This document shows, in pieces, positions 36,282 through 51,439 of a stretch of 64,000 bases of DNA. This stretch comes from Octopus bimaculoides (Eukaryota): NCBI RefSeq assembly GCF_001194135.2, contig NC_068982.1:2081817-2145816 (forward strand), read 5' to 3'. The notes beneath the pieces were generated by a model. The model did no database searches and was not told where the DNA came from. It saw only the letters and a list, made by a program, of their open reading frames with translations. The translations under genes and the position numbers were made by a program. Each line of letters starts with the position of its first letter. Position 1 is the stretch's first letter.

Positions 36282-37709
36282 ATCCACTCAAACGTTTGTG
36301 TTAAATTTCCGATTTCAATGAGCTGCATGATCCGTTTTTTTTGTGGAATCTAAACTCCATTAATTATGGTGGTACTAATTTTTCGTTTATCAGTAAATTT
36401 CCTTCATAGACGCCGCTGTATAGAACTACAAATTCATGTATAATACGTTTTGGTAAAATCCATGTTAATTTTAATATATAATACTTCCAAGTATTTTGTT
36501 CCGGTGGAGGCATATGTCATGCTCTAACTGCACGTTTCTCCGCCTGTGTTTGCACACCAACATAATCTACAAGCTTGGAAATAAATTCTATTGGAGAGAA
36601 AGTGAGCTTTTTTCAGAATATTGCAGTGCATGCTGTACTGTATATTGACATGAACCGTATGTTCTACGACAAAAACGAACGAAGCACATTTGGGAAAAAA
36701 ACAGACATGGTTCATCCATATAATCGTTCGGTGTTCAGCATGAGAACATGCTATAATTGGTGAACTCAAAAACAAATAGGATCAGATGTTCTCAAATTCA
36801 ACTTCAGTGCAAGTGAGAACATACACGTATTTTACATAACGTATATCAGGATATGCAAGATAACTTTAGCAAATAATATCAAAACCATCCACAAAATTAT
36901 AGACAATTCGTGTAGGAATATCCTGGAGTAAAATCTGGTCCTAACAACAATGGATGTCTCTAATATGCAGCGGAACCGAGTTAATGAAATTCCTCCAACA
37001 GTAACACCTTATGGTATATTATGATTGATTATGAAGTATTTGAGGTCCAAAAATTGTAGGAAGGACATAGACCGATATTCATTGTAATGTCTTGTTAAAA
37101 TAAAACACTGGATCCACATCCACAACGAAAATTCACCACGCCATCAATGTATATCTCTCATTTTTGTCTTCAGTTTTGCAACTGATTCCCTCTTCATTTA
37201 CATCAAGTAAATAATAACACGACTTGATATCATAAGTCTGACACAAGTTATACGATCTATGCATTATGCTGTTTCTTTATAGCACTTAAATTTAAAAAAT
37301 CAATCAAGCATCCACCAAACATATGCAATAATAATAAAACTTCATCTTTTACAAGAATGGATTTTAGCCTACTTTACTGATTAAGAGAAACTCATTCTGA
37401 TATTAAAATGCTTTTAAATTATCACGAATGAACTCCAATCAGTATTATTTCTCAAGGTAAATTTCTTTCCCAAATCGAGCCTGAATGGAATGAATATATA
37501 TAATCACACCCTGGCATGTACAGTTATCGCTTCTGTATCAAATGTGGTTGAATACACATATAACGACTAACTTAGAACATATACATACATATATATTATG
37601 CAATTTAACTCAAGCAAAATAAGACAAGTGACACATTTCGTTTCTTGTATGTAAATACAATTATACCCCTATTACTGGACCATCTCGTATGATAGTCATA
37701 TATATATAT

Positions 37710-37752
<43 letters not shown>

Positions 37753-40700
37753 GATGGATGGATGGATGGATGGATGTAAGGCAAGATGACTTAAGAACGT
37801 TACTAATCTAAATGAAATATAAATGTAAGGAAATGTGAATATATTTAATATATTTCAAAGAAATCCTGGTCCATGTCTATCTGAGTCTATTAAATCAAGC
37901 TGTCCTGACTATCTAAATTTTTATCCTATTTCTGTACGTGTATACATCTAAATATATGTGAATGTATATGCCTAGACCTATATTATATTTAGATGCATTC
38001 GTGTGAATTTGCGTGTGTGACAGTGTGACAAAGTGTGTAGGCTTCTATAATATTTTTTAGTAATAATAATTCGAAAAACATTATTAACCAATTTTAGACA
38101 GTGATAATTAGTTTTATGTCACGCTTAGTCAACATACAACAAAGGTCATATGCCAACATTTGTAAACCCCTTAGGTCTTGCCTTTCTGACATATAATTGG
38201 ATTGTTAGAAAGTAATCCTATTACCATTTGCTGCTTTTCATTTCATAGAAGGCCAATGTTCACCGCACTGTAAAAACAAAAGACAAGAGCAACACTGCTT
38301 CTAGCTAATGTTCATATACATTATGCGCCGATAAACAGTCCATTAAAATATTTTATCTATCAATTAGCAATTCATGCCAAACAGTGCTACAATTGTAATC
38401 GCTTTAAAAGCCTCGATATTTATGCATCTATTTACACTAACGCACACAAAAACACACGCGCTTTATATATACATGTATATATACGTGTGTGTATTTATGT
38501 GTATGTATGTATATGTATGTCTATATATGTGTATGTATGTATGTAAGCATACGAGGAGGAATTCAGATGAAGGAGTTACGCAAATAATATAATTTATATA
38601 TTTGCTTCTCAAAACTCTGCCAGAATAGAAACGAGTTTATATTAAATATAGTAAATATATGCCTGAAATATGAATTATTAATAGTTTCTTTAGCTGCACA
38701 TTCTCTTGGTTTGGGGTCACTTTAGTTCAGCACGAGGGTCAAGCATATTGGATTAGCCAATGGAGACGACTTACTTTCAATATAATTCTGTGTATCGGAG
38801 GAGAGAATATCGCATATATCCTTTCATATTGATTATCTGATTGCTTTTGAAATACGTTATTCAATACTACTTATTTATTCTCAAATCTGTCTGAGAATAA
38901 ATCGTTGGATTTATTTTCACAAAAGAGTAAAAACCATTCCTTTAATCAACTGACGCAATGATGCCATCCTCATTTACCGCCCTAATCATTCATATATTAT
39001 CAGCTTCATTCAAATTTTGGCGTAACGATGCAATATTTTCTCAAAAGATGATTTAATATATGTTATTTCAATCTACAACTAAACATATCATCTGTGGGTG
39101 TCCATATACTTTTTCCATGGCATCTTTACAAATTATTTAACTGCATATATTTTAAATATTGTGAGATATTCGCAATATTGGCGGATTGTAATACGGGTGC
39201 ATGTATGATCGAGCAAGATATTCTGTTATTTGTATCTCCATGGTTACCAACGTTGAAATAACAGTCACTGCTACGAGTGATATTATAATTATTGAAAATA
39301 TTCTGTTATATTGGTTAGAGGGTAAATGTGATGAGCATTGCTAAAGAATTCCTTGCTTTGTTGTATTCCGCTTAGTAATGTTGGACAGTTGAAGAAGCCG
39401 ATTTTTTTTCATTACTATGTTTTTCCAACTCCTTTCTTATTACGTTTTACTTTTAGTTTTGTTTTCTTAAATTCCTTTTTTCCAGTACACTGCTGAGTAT
39501 AAGACACTGAAGATGCTCCGCTAGGAAGTAATTCCTATTGATATGTAATTAAATGTATTTCTCAACACGTCAACCACGTAAACATGCTATATCTTACGGA
39601 TTGGTTCCGTCCTTCATACACATCCCGTTATTTATTCATTTACGTTATTCATAATCTTCCTCCGAAAGAAATTTGTCACATACATTGTAATCATGAAGTC
39701 GTTTGACACGATAACAGTATATGTTTTGTCTATTTAAATGTATTTAAAGATGGATATGACAATAAAGTGTGTCGTCTGTTAAGTAACCATACAAATGAAG
39801 TAATTTCAGAGCAAAGAGTACTATATTAATGTAGTGGGAGTTAACGGATAGTCTTCAATGTTTAATCAAGGACAAAGCATTTTTGATAATCATAGTGAAA
39901 ATTAGTCAAATGATTTAATGATATCAAAAGCGTAAATTAACGCAAACTAATTAAACTAAAATTTATTTCAGTTACCAATCAAATGTTGAAACATTCTGAA
40001 TATGATACCTGATTAAATATTAGAGTATCGGCACAGACAAAGAAGGCAAAGTATTCTTAAATAAGAAACAACACTTCACGTACATCCGATAGAATATGGA
40101 TTAAACGATTACCATCTGGAAAGATCCAAGTAATGCCACATGTGAAGAAATAGCAGGAAGAGAGCATTCCATTTTGAATTGTACACGCAATATACGGCTT
40201 CAAATATTACAAACTGAAATGATTGAAGTTAGTTTTGGTGAAATGGTAATGCCATAGGGATTCTTCTCGCAAGCCTCATATAAATTACAGAACACATGAA
40301 ATTCTGTTAGTTCACTATTATATTTCAATTATACATTCATTTAATTGTATTTGAACATGCTAACTGAAATACAAGTAACACGTACTTAATATTTTAGCAA
40401 ACTGTTGACTCCTAAGCGTTTCGAAATAATATTCGTATCTGTTGTTGTCCAAGATGGAGTAATTAATAAATATAGTGGGATATATTAAAAGAAAATAAAA
40501 TGCTAAACACAAGAAAATAAAACGACGCACAGTAGCTCTTTGGAGTCCGTCAGTCAGACTCCAGTGAGTTGCTTTGTCAATGAAATGTAGCTAACAATTG
40601 ATTGAGAAAAAAATATTTAGATATAGAAATATATGTCGAAAAAGAAAAATCTGATTTCAACGGTTGATGTTATTGTTATGTTTTCACTGCGAACTGAAAG

Positions 40701-42503
40701 TATATTTCATTTGTTATAAAATAGTGACATTATGTGAAACATTGACTGACTCGGATGAACTTTCAAATATCTTATACAAGCAAGATATCAATTATTTTGT
40801 GTTTAGAAATAAGAACAAATAAGTATAATTAATTAGAGACAAAAATATCAAGAAGAAAGTAGAGTAATTAAAAATTCGAAAAAACAGCGATAAATCAAAC
40901 CCATTAGACATCGCTGGTCAAATTATAAACGTAGTGTGAACCATAGGCTAGAAGGTATTTCCATTACACGATGGAGCCTTGTCAAATAATTACTTTTAAA
41001 ATCATAGTTTGTGGCAAATTATCGAAAGCAGAAAAGGACCCAGTCGTATGAGAGCGGAGTGGTATGGCTTAGGAGAGCGGAGGAGTATGGTATAAGGAAA
41101 TATCAACCTCCCAATAAATGAGTATGTAAAGACGCAAACCTATATCATGGCAAATGCAAATTTCGCGACGAAGGAATGAGTATGAATAAAATTAATGTAA
41201 GAGGAACGAGGAGTAAATTGATAACGAAAAATTAATAGTTAGATTAAACACAGTATAAAAAGAAATGGGCGTAACGTTAAGCAATAATCGGCTTCGATAA
41301 AGTGAGATTGTCAGGAAAGTTTATTTTCTTAATCTTTATTGAATGATTTCTCGTAAATATAAGCAAGGTGAAATGTGAGAACTCTGTAACAGGTAAAATG
41401 CAATTTTACTAGTGGAGTTGATTAAAAACTGTTGAACAGGGGAAATGCAACTCGCAGTGAATGCAACGTGTTTGCCGAAAATGAATACGGGCAGAACTAA
41501 TGAAGTACTCGTGTAAAATGCATAAACAAACATTATTAAGTGTGTAATACTGCAAATAATAGAATATGATTGTGCTAGCGAATGAATACACATAAATACA
41601 CAAACATAGCCATACATACATACATATATGCGTGCGTGCGTGCGTGTGTGTGTGTGAATGTTTGTATATGTGTGTGTGTAAAAGGGACAATGTTAAAGAT
41701 AACTTATTTATATAGTTAGACGGGCTCTTATGTCTGTGCGCGGCGCACAAATGAAGTCCACTAATTCATCTTTACAGATAGGTGTATTTTATTAGAGTAT
41801 CATTGTCAGATGTTTTACTGCTCACAGTTAATTTGTCTCCTGAATAAGTGCAATCATGTCGTCTTCATTTGCCAACGAAGTTTATACTGATGCTGACTTC
41901 GGTTCACGTCGTCAGTTGTCATGAAAATAAACACTTTCAAAACGATTAGTTTTATCTGTGACGGTGAAGTTTGTGTCAATACGCTGAGACTAGAATCGCA
42001 TGAAATGGCAAAACATTGCTAATGAAATTCCTTTAGTACACCACAAGCCGAACAAAACCAATCACATGCTCAGTGACTCAAGTATTACCAATATCATATG
42101 CTTAATGCATGCGTTTTGCTAAACGCTACAGATCTGCGATATTTGGTCCAAAGTAGTTCCTTTTAAATGACATGTAATGCTAATAATCACACTATACCTC
42201 AAAGATAGGCGAAATGAAATCGCCCCGGGAGGTGACGACGAGCGATATTTTGTGTTATTTACCCTCTTCAGTGTTGCTATCAAGAAGGAGATGTAGATGA
42301 CGCTGCCGTGCGGAATTAACCATGGAATATCAGTTTCAATCGCTTTCAATCACTCCCGGAGTGATTTCATTTCACTTTGCTCTGAAGCTTAGTGTGTTTT
42401 AACTCTACAAAGGAACTTCCTTTAGACGAACCATCACAGTTTAACAAAACACATACGTTAAGTATTTGGTAGCGGTAATACTCAAATAACTGAGCTGTTT
42501 GAA

Positions 42504-42622
<119 letters not shown>

Positions 42623-43011
42623 AGATAATAGCATGGGGGTACAACGCTCCATTAGTATTCTACTCTATGCCGGGTGAAGACAATTTGGTTTCTTTCTACT
42701 TTCAAGAGATCAATAAAATTAATTACTCAACGAAATATTTCACTCAACCTTTCAGCTTCGCCTCAAATGGATGGAAATCGCCAAACAATAATACACGCAC
42801 GCGCAAACACACACACGTACACATTCGGTAATCTACGTATGTATTTCTCTGTATGAATGAATATACATATATATAAATGTGTGTGTGTGTGTGTGTGCAT
42901 GCGTGTGTGTGTACGTGTGTACATGCATATATNNNNNNNNNNNNNNNNNNATATATAGAGGAACATATGAACATGTATACTTATAAATATATATATATAT
43001 ATATTTATATA

Positions 43012-43649
<638 letters not shown>

Positions 43650-44005
43650 TAAAGAAACTTAGTCGATTGATATATTTTAGTAATTCATTTTGATAATCTA
43701 TTTTAATCGATTTGTATATACTTTTTCCGGACAGGCCCTTCTATACATTTGCTATTTTTATATGTGCACATATATTTTTTACCTTCGGTGCTTATATATG
43801 TATTTCTTTATAAGTCGAAGGCTATGGTATTATTTGTATGCAATGACATGTATAGAACCGTTGTGTTTATATAAAGTCGCTGGCACGAGTTTTATGTTTG
43901 TTCTCTACTCAATGATCTTTTGTCTCCGTCTCAATTTCACTTGAGCACATTTTTGCAGTCCTATATATCTTTTTATTTCCATAAAAAAACGATTATTATT
44001 TCTTG

Positions 44006-44048
<43 letters not shown>

Positions 44049-44110
44049 NNNNNNNNNNNNNNNTCTTTTTATGGAAATAAAAAAAAGATATATAGGACTG
44101 CAAAAATGTG

Positions 44111-44166
<56 letters not shown>

Positions 44167-45307
44167 AGATCCAAGGATCGAGTTGTAGGAAGAATGCTAG
44201 CTTCAAGCAATCTGTAGTAAATATTAAAAAAACACCTTTCGGGGTCAATAGTGGTTTACTGAGGCGGGAGGTTGTGGATTCTTTTTTCTTATCGAAATAA
44301 TATATATTAAAAAAGAAGTTCTTTATATTTCGTGGTAGGCCAAGGATATCTTGATTAAATGAAAGTTTACATTGTCGCAAGGTTGTACATGTTATCACAG
44401 AATGTGTACACATGTATATATATATTTATGTGCCCGTTCGTGCGTGTGTGTTTGTTTGTGCAGTTAGATGTACGACATACGTATATATGCATGCGTGTAT
44501 GTATGTGTTAGCGCGGGCGTGTATATGTATATATATATTTATAGAAATACGGAATCATACATACATTGGTTGTATGTATACGTATGTCTGTATGGGATAG
44601 GTTGAGCGTATTCCTGTTTCACTTAATTTCTTTTGCCTAATTAGTATGTAGTTCAATATACAATGACAACATTTACTGGTGCACATAAAATGTCGGTACA
44701 CATATTGCAGTTAAGTAATTAATAAGTATATCTACATTTTTCTTCTATTTACTTATAAGAAAATGCGTTGCTTACAACAATCGAAGTTAAGATCGTCAGT
44801 TCAGAGGAATATTTCGCACGTATTTCAACTGAAACACTATCTGTTATTTACCTTGATACAAATTTACTATAAATATTTCCCCTGTATGTATTTCTAGTTA
44901 CTTTGTATATCCAACGCGTATATATTGTGCTGAAAAATAGACCAATACAAAGGTACACGTACAGACACACCCATATACATACGTATATGTAAATGCATGC
45001 ACACAAACATTCATGCTTATATACGTATACACGTGCACAAATACATACAGACGAACCCAAACACACACAAACACGCATCTGTAAAACTGTATCGACGAGA
45101 CTTGTCAGTTGTTAAAGATCGCTGCTCAAGCCATACAATGCTGAAAGAAATAAGTAGACAGCAAAAAGATAATTAGTAGCAAGGATGTATTGTATATGAA
45201 GAAGCAATTTATCTCAAACGTAAGCGATAGGAAGCATTGTTTAAAATATTTCAAGTTGATGGTGATGGACTGTTTTATTTCGTAAAATATTAAATGGATA
45301 CATTTAA

Positions 45308-45832
45308 CCCATTGACTGCCATAGGCCCCATTTGGGGATCTGCTAAAACCAGTCTCAGTGCCGGTTGATCGTTGTATTTAAAGGGAATTCCCTATGTCCA
45401 TTGGATCCACAGGGGTGTGTTTAACAATATTTAGTAGTTAAAGTTTGACGTTATTTCCTCTGGTTAATTGTAGAGAACATTTTATGTCATAAATTCGCAA
45501 TTTTTGAATTACAAAAATATTGACTGCTTTGAAAACTTTTTGTTTGTTTGCATTTCCCACCTCTATCATTTATTGATACTCTACACACCTTCGCATTTGA
45601 TACTATAGTTTGGAAAAAAAAAAAACTAAAATGTTTATTATTGCAATTGAATAGAAAAGAATAAATATGCTATTTTTTCAGCGATTCCTATTCGGGACTT
45701 TTCGAAAATATTATCATAATTTCCAAAATAATTCATATATGAAGAATATTTAAATATTATATATTATTTTAACTCCTAATGCAGTGGCAAAGCCAAAAAA
45801 TATGCATAAAAAAACTTTTGGCATTAAACGGG
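45308..45832. mobile_element. Non-autonomous piggyBac-type element (525 bp)
   Basis: TTAA at 45304-45307 and 45833-45836; 13-bp TIRs cccattgactgcc / ggcattaaacggg (10/13 match) with CCC...GGG termini; AT-rich non-coding interior. Confidence 0.8.
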
Positions 45833-45929
45833 TTAAAGGTGTTTCAGTTGGAGACAGTGGAGAAAGACTTGTCCGAAACGCGTCTATGCATTTACACACA
45901 CACACACATCTATATATTTGACGGTCCGC

Positions 45930-46015
45930 TATAGTATAAGACACATGTCTAAGGTGCCATGTAGTGAGATTGAACCCAGCATCATGTGGTTGCAAAACAA
46001 AATTTTTACCACCCT
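45930..46015 (-). mobile_element. SINE family C head fragment
   Basis: tatagtataagacacatgtctaaggtgccatgtagtgagattgaaccc is the reverse complement counterpart of 13470-13530. Confidence 0.55.
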
Positions 46016-46571
46016 GTCACACTTCATGTAATTAGCCTTTACTATCACACAAACATTTTAATTGATGATATAACCCGCCATGTTTTGTTTCATAGTTTGG
46101 CAATTTTATCGAATTCATTTTGTAGAAGTTAGCAGATTTACGAAAAGAGAAGAAAATTATTACGTAATGAGAAAGCCATATAGGGAAGAAGTTAATTGAT
46201 AATTTTTTTTTTTTTTTTTGATGAAGTCCTTTTATTCGTTTTTGAACATTTGTCTTTTTTCCCTATTTCTGTGTTTGAAAAATTAGTCAGTGCCATCTAA
46301 CAAAATTTTTTGTCAATATTATTTCTAAAGAATGAATTTCGTGTATTCACTCNNNNNNNNNNNNNNNNNNNNNNNNNNNNNNNNNNNNNNNNNNNNNNNN
46401 NNNNNNNNNNNNNNNNNNNNNNNNNNNNNNNNNNNNNNNNNNNNNNNNNNNNNNNNNNNNNNNNNNNNNNNNNNNNNNNNNNNNNNNNNNGAGCTTCTCC
46501 ACTGTTTTAATGTTTATGCAAATTATGGTAGCTTGTGCACGTGTACGTTTTAACATAATGGCGCGTTGCAA

Positions 46572-46780
46572 GGCAGTGAGTTGGCAGAATCATAAAGCCG
46601 GACAAAATGTTTTGCGGCATTTCGTCTGGATTTACGTACAAAGTTTAAATTCTAGCGAAATTCGCTTTACCTTTCATCCATTCGGGGTCAATATAATAGG
46701 AGCTAGTTGAGCATTGGCCTCAATGTAATTCACTTACACCCTCCCTCACGGTTGCTGGCCCTGTGCCAAAATTTCTTAGA
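46572..46780 (+). mobile_element. tRNA-derived SINE family A, diverged
   Basis: ggcagtgagttggcagaatc...gcggcatttcgtctg...tttacctttcatccattcggggtcaat. Confidence 0.75.
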
Positions 46781-47309
46781 AAAGATGGCTTGCTTTATTC
46801 TGTGCGTGGGTAAGAGGAAAAAAACAAAACAAAAACTACTTACAAGATGATAATTGCTGGAAAATATAGTATGAACAGAATTGTCTTTATCTGCGCTCAC
46901 TAACACAAGCATCATGTCGGTATTACCATTTTTATAAAGAAAATCTGTACCTCTCATTCACTAACTCGCTTGTAAAATGAAATATAATTCTAGCAAAGCC
47001 ATGCACATACAAATGGAAGGCCTTCCTGTATTGTATACACGCGCACACACAGACATATGCATAAAGACACAGGCACACAAAAATACACACACATTGACGA
47101 GAGCACACACATGCTCATGTGCACCACCCCCTATACAGACATGCACAGTCGCTCATGCACATACGTACAAAACGAACGAAACATTAGGCAAAGAATTTTC
47201 AATTCCTAATTTATCGATGTACAAGTTTGTACAATTTCTATTTCGAAAAATATCACAAAACTTTGAAAACAATGTTTTTGGCCGAAACATATTATCGGCA
47301 CAAGCTGAT

Positions 47310-47900
47310 TTTGGAGGTGGTGAGTTATCATGCTTCCATTGTTTCGACTGGACTTTAGTCTCAGGATCATAGTGATGGACCCATGCTTCATATTGTGTGA
47401 TAAGTCTGCCAAAAAAGTCCACCTTGTTTCTTGGGACATTGCCAAAAGAGCGTGGGAGCAATTGACTCATTCCTATTTCTGAAAAGGTGAGAGTATCCGG
47501 CGAATCCATCATGCGGACAACATTCACATGTGCAATTGGTCGTGAATGATTTTTTCCACGGATCCTACACATCTTTACTTCATTGGCTAGTTGCCGAATA
47601 GTTATGCGGCGAAACTCCGAAATGGCGGCTTCCACTTTATGGATGGTGTCATCATTAATAGCGGAACGTGGTCGTCCAGGAAGGAATATGAGGAGTTTTC
47701 ACCGGTGTCCAACCACATTTGATCTGACGATTCCAGTGCATGGCTACGGCGCATGATGGTGCATCATCACCACAAACTTCATTCGTCTCATCGAAAGTCT
47801 CCTTTGGTGTACGACCTTTCAAGTATAACAGCCTGATCACTGATCTGCATTCAACTGCCTCCATTATAACACCTTATCACACGTCAGGCGCGGTAAAAGA
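47310..47900 (-). mobile_element. Mariner transposase relic (N-terminal HTH to first catalytic D)
   Basis: MEAVECRSVIRLLYLKGRTPKETFDE..EVCGDDAPS...GRP...RRITIRQLA.EVK...LIT(Q)YEAWVHHYDPETKVQSKQWKH. Confidence 0.92.
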
Positions 47901-48016
47901 CAAACGAATACAAGTGGAAAGATGCAATTTACAATGTGACATGTAAAGATATGTACGAGTATACATGTACAAGTTCCCTTTCCTGCAAAACAGAAGCCAG
48001 TCACTCTAGTGTGTAA

Positions 48017-48070
<54 letters not shown>

Positions 48071-48914
48071 NNNNNNNNNNNNNNNNNNNNNNNNNNNNNN
48101 NNNNNNNNNNNNNNNNNNNNNNNNNNNNNNNNNNNNNNNNNNNNNNNNNNNNNNNNNNNNNNNNNNNNNNNNNNNNNNNNNNNNNNNNNNNNNNNNNNNN
48201 NNNNNNNNNNNNNNNNNNNNNNNNNNNNNNNNNNNNNNNNNNNNNNNNNNNNNNNNNNNNNNNNNNNNNNNNNNNNNNNNNNNNNNNNNNNNNNNNNNNN
48301 NNNNNNNNNNNNNNNNNNNNNNNNNNNNNNNNNNNNNNNNNNNNNNNNNNNNNNNNNNNNTATATATGTGTGTGTGTGTGTGCATGGGTATATGTGCATG
48401 TGTGTATGTATATACGTACCAATTAATGAAAACAAAACCCGTTCTAATATGATAACGTGCGTTTCAGTATACTGATATTTGAGTGCTTGTGGACATACTA
48501 ATTAAAAAGAGAGATACGTATTTGCGGGAAAATTTAGAAATACAGAGAGACAAGAAAGGCAGTGTTAGACAAAACAGGTAGTAAATCTCTGTATCTACAG
48601 CTTTTCAATAACGACACTGATGCAAATTCAATTTTCATTCGTTTATTTATGTTTATTGAAGTTGCCATGACTCCTGATACTGTGAGATGTATCATTCACA
48701 CATGACTACATAAATACAGGACGAGATGGGAAAACGTATGCTTTCATATTCAGTATTTTTGCAGTATTTTATGAAATTTCTTCTACATGTTTGTTTAATT
48801 GCCAAACAAAGGTATATGTTATTATACATACACATCAATATACACGCACAGAGACACTCAGTCACACAGATTTTCTCGCTTCATTTCTCTCTCACTTTTC
48901 ATATTCCTGTCTCA

Positions 48915-49077
48915 TACATACATACATATATACATACATACATATATATATATATACATACATATATATATATATACATACATATATATATATATATACA
49001 TACATATATATATATATACATACATATATATATATACATACATATATATATATATACATACATATATATATATATAT

Positions 49078-49127
<50 letters not shown>
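48915..49127. repeat. Compound (TA)nCATA microsatellite
   Basis: Direct reading. Confidence 0.97.
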
Positions 49128-49128
<1 letters not shown>

Positions 49129-49129
<1 letters not shown>

Positions 49130-51128
49130 TAGCAGAAATACCCGGCGTTGCTCCGATTAAGGAGAATAATGAAATTTAAATACATCGTGTAGATTACGCA
49201 AGTCTCAACTGATAGTAGCTAAGATACCAACGTTCTACATTTATAACTCTCCAACCCATGTCAGCATGGAACATAGATACTGAGTGAAATGTTAAAAGAA
49301 AGTTTTCAACTCATATATTATATAAAGTAAATACACGTAATTCAAAAACTCGTTTTGTGTAGCTTATTTCGTAATCAGAAAACAGGTACAGATTAAACGA
49401 TGAAAAGCCGATTTTGATGATTCATTTGACAGAAGTAGTAAAGAGCCAATCCGATGATAAATCTGATCTTGGATCTTGAAAGTTTGCATGAATCCTGGCC
49501 GAGTTAAATCTCTTGTGGCTCAAAATGATGTCATATATAATGCAGCGTTGTATTGTCTTGTTATGTTTTGGAAGTGCTTGGAATCTTGGTGGTTTGATGA
49601 CGCTAGTTTCTACAATGGCACTGGAGGTTGGAGGATTGCGGAGAGTTTAACCATTCCACACCTGCAGCACAGTGCAGGCGTCTCCCCAGGCCACTTCCTT
49701 GCTTTAAATTGAAAGGTGCTTCCTTCATAGAATTTGCTTTCCTGAGCTGTTGCGACTTCTCTTCATTCTGCAGTGGAGATCATATTCCTTGTCAGCCGTG
49801 CATACCTCTGTTCATCACTTTGAGATATTCCGGCTTTTGTAGTGCACAGTCTGTTCGTTTCTTGGTATGCTTCCCTTTCTGCAGCTGTCTCTCTTTCCTT
49901 GGAGAGAGGCATTCTTTTAACACTTTCCTTCTAAGCATGGTTATATGCGTATACAGAAATACACGGGTGTAGAAGATAGTAAACAATGAAAATAACTGGG
50001 AAACGAAAATGATATTTCTTAATACGAGGAGCAGAAAGTTAAAAAAATTTTAACGGAAAATAAAGGATTTTCTACGAGTTGAAGCAAAGTTTGTCATTTA
50101 GTGAACCAAATATTCAGTATCAACAGAAAAACACAAAACCGTTGCAAAAGTAAATAAGAAATTTGTATGGAAATTAACTCAAGTGTACGGATTTAAGTGC
50201 AAGTTTTGAGGTTACTTCTGTCAAATTATGAACTTATTTTTACCAGTAATTCCGCCAAAACAAAACAAAACAAAAAAAAAACACAAAACGTTGCAAAAGT
50301 AAATAAGAAATTTGTGAGCAAGTAGTGTATGGATTGAAGTGAAATTTATGAAGTTAATTCTATCAATAAATTATGTATGAAATTAGTTTCATCAGTAATT
50401 GTGAACTTTCTGTCAGTAATTTGTTGTTTGTAAATAGCGATTGAAAACTTACAGTGAAATAAAAGCGATTGAAGTTAAAGTGAAAACAATAGCGCCTGAA
50501 AAATGTAAATGAAAACAATAGAGAGTGAGTGAGATGTAGAGAGGAGAGAGCTAGAGAGGTAGACAAATAAAATAGATATATATAGATAATATATTGACAG
50601 ACAAATACAGCGAGAGAGATATAGAGATGGACAGAGATATATAGATAGAGAGAGATAGATGGGTAGAGCGATATAGATAGACAGATATAGTTGTCACTGA
50701 CGTTAGAAAACCGGAAGAAAATATTTAAAAAAGACGTGAATGTAATATAAAGAGCAATATTTTTTTTATTTTTGATAGAAAGACAATCAAATGAGGAGCT
50801 TAAAATGTGTCCGAGGTTAATTTTTTTGGATGTAAGTGAGACAATTAATTTCTGAAATTTACTTAGCAAAGAGTTACCTCTCTTCTCCACGTAACCCAGA
50901 AACGGGTGCTTTCTACCCGCAGGGGGCCCGTTACTCATTATGTGAAAAGTTTGAAAAGTTTCAAACCATCCCTGGAAGACAAGTAATGTATGTTCCCAAT
51001 TTGAAGAAAATCAATTGAAAAATAATATACGTCCGTTATAATCTTTTACACACACACACACTCACACACACATACAGAGAAAGGGATTAATATATATATA
51101 TATATATATATCGCATATATAAATAGAT
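49129..51128 (-). mobile_element. Putative non-autonomous Helitron (ends recognisable, interior a patchwork)
   Basis: Minus-strand 3' end: GC-rich hairpin remnant cggagcaacgccggg, 8 nt, then CTAG|T (49132-49128). Candidate 5' end A|TCtatttatatat at about 51128, preceded on plus by (CA)n and aatgtatgttcccaatttgaagaaaatc. Confidence 0.5.
50128..50400. repeat. Diverged tandem duplication, about 150-bp unit, 2 copies
   Basis: aaacacaaaa(c)cgttgcaaaagtaaataagaaatttgt at 50128 and 50279, each followed by similar agtgta.ggatt.aagtg.aa.tt..ga.gtta.ttct.tcaa...cagtaatt. Confidence 0.85.
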
Positions 51129-51439
51129 ATGCGATATACATGCACATTTATATAGATAGGCAGGCAGGCAGACAGTCAGACAGATACTGGTCTGCGCATC
51201 AAATGTATAAAGCATTTGATACAAACCATTAAATTCGGGACAAACTTTGAGCGAATTTCTTGTGTGGTAACGTTTTAATTTGTTTATCAGTCAAAATATA
51301 ATCTAATAAAACCATTGGCTACAACGAACGACGCAGCACCAGCAATTTGAGGGCACGAGTAAGTCGGTTACGTTGACAGTAGTGCTCAAACTGGTACTTT
51401 ATCTTGTTTAGCATGTTAATGATTCTGCTGCCTTAAGAT

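Noticed and set aside
40100-40258. Coding-like stretch (KDPSNATCEEIAGREHSILNCTRN…) ending at atg|GTAATG
   Set aside because: The frame is closed by TAA just upstream with no usable acceptor; only about 50 codons.
41048-41095. Two copies of gagagcggag(t/g)(g/a)gtatgg, 25 nt apart
   Set aside because: Simple local slippage duplication; only two units and no spacer pattern.
45855-45892. Hammerhead half-motif gacttgtccGAAACGCGTC
   Set aside because: The 3' half looks like a PLE-type ribozyme, but no CUGANGA upstream and no paired stem II; at most a relic.
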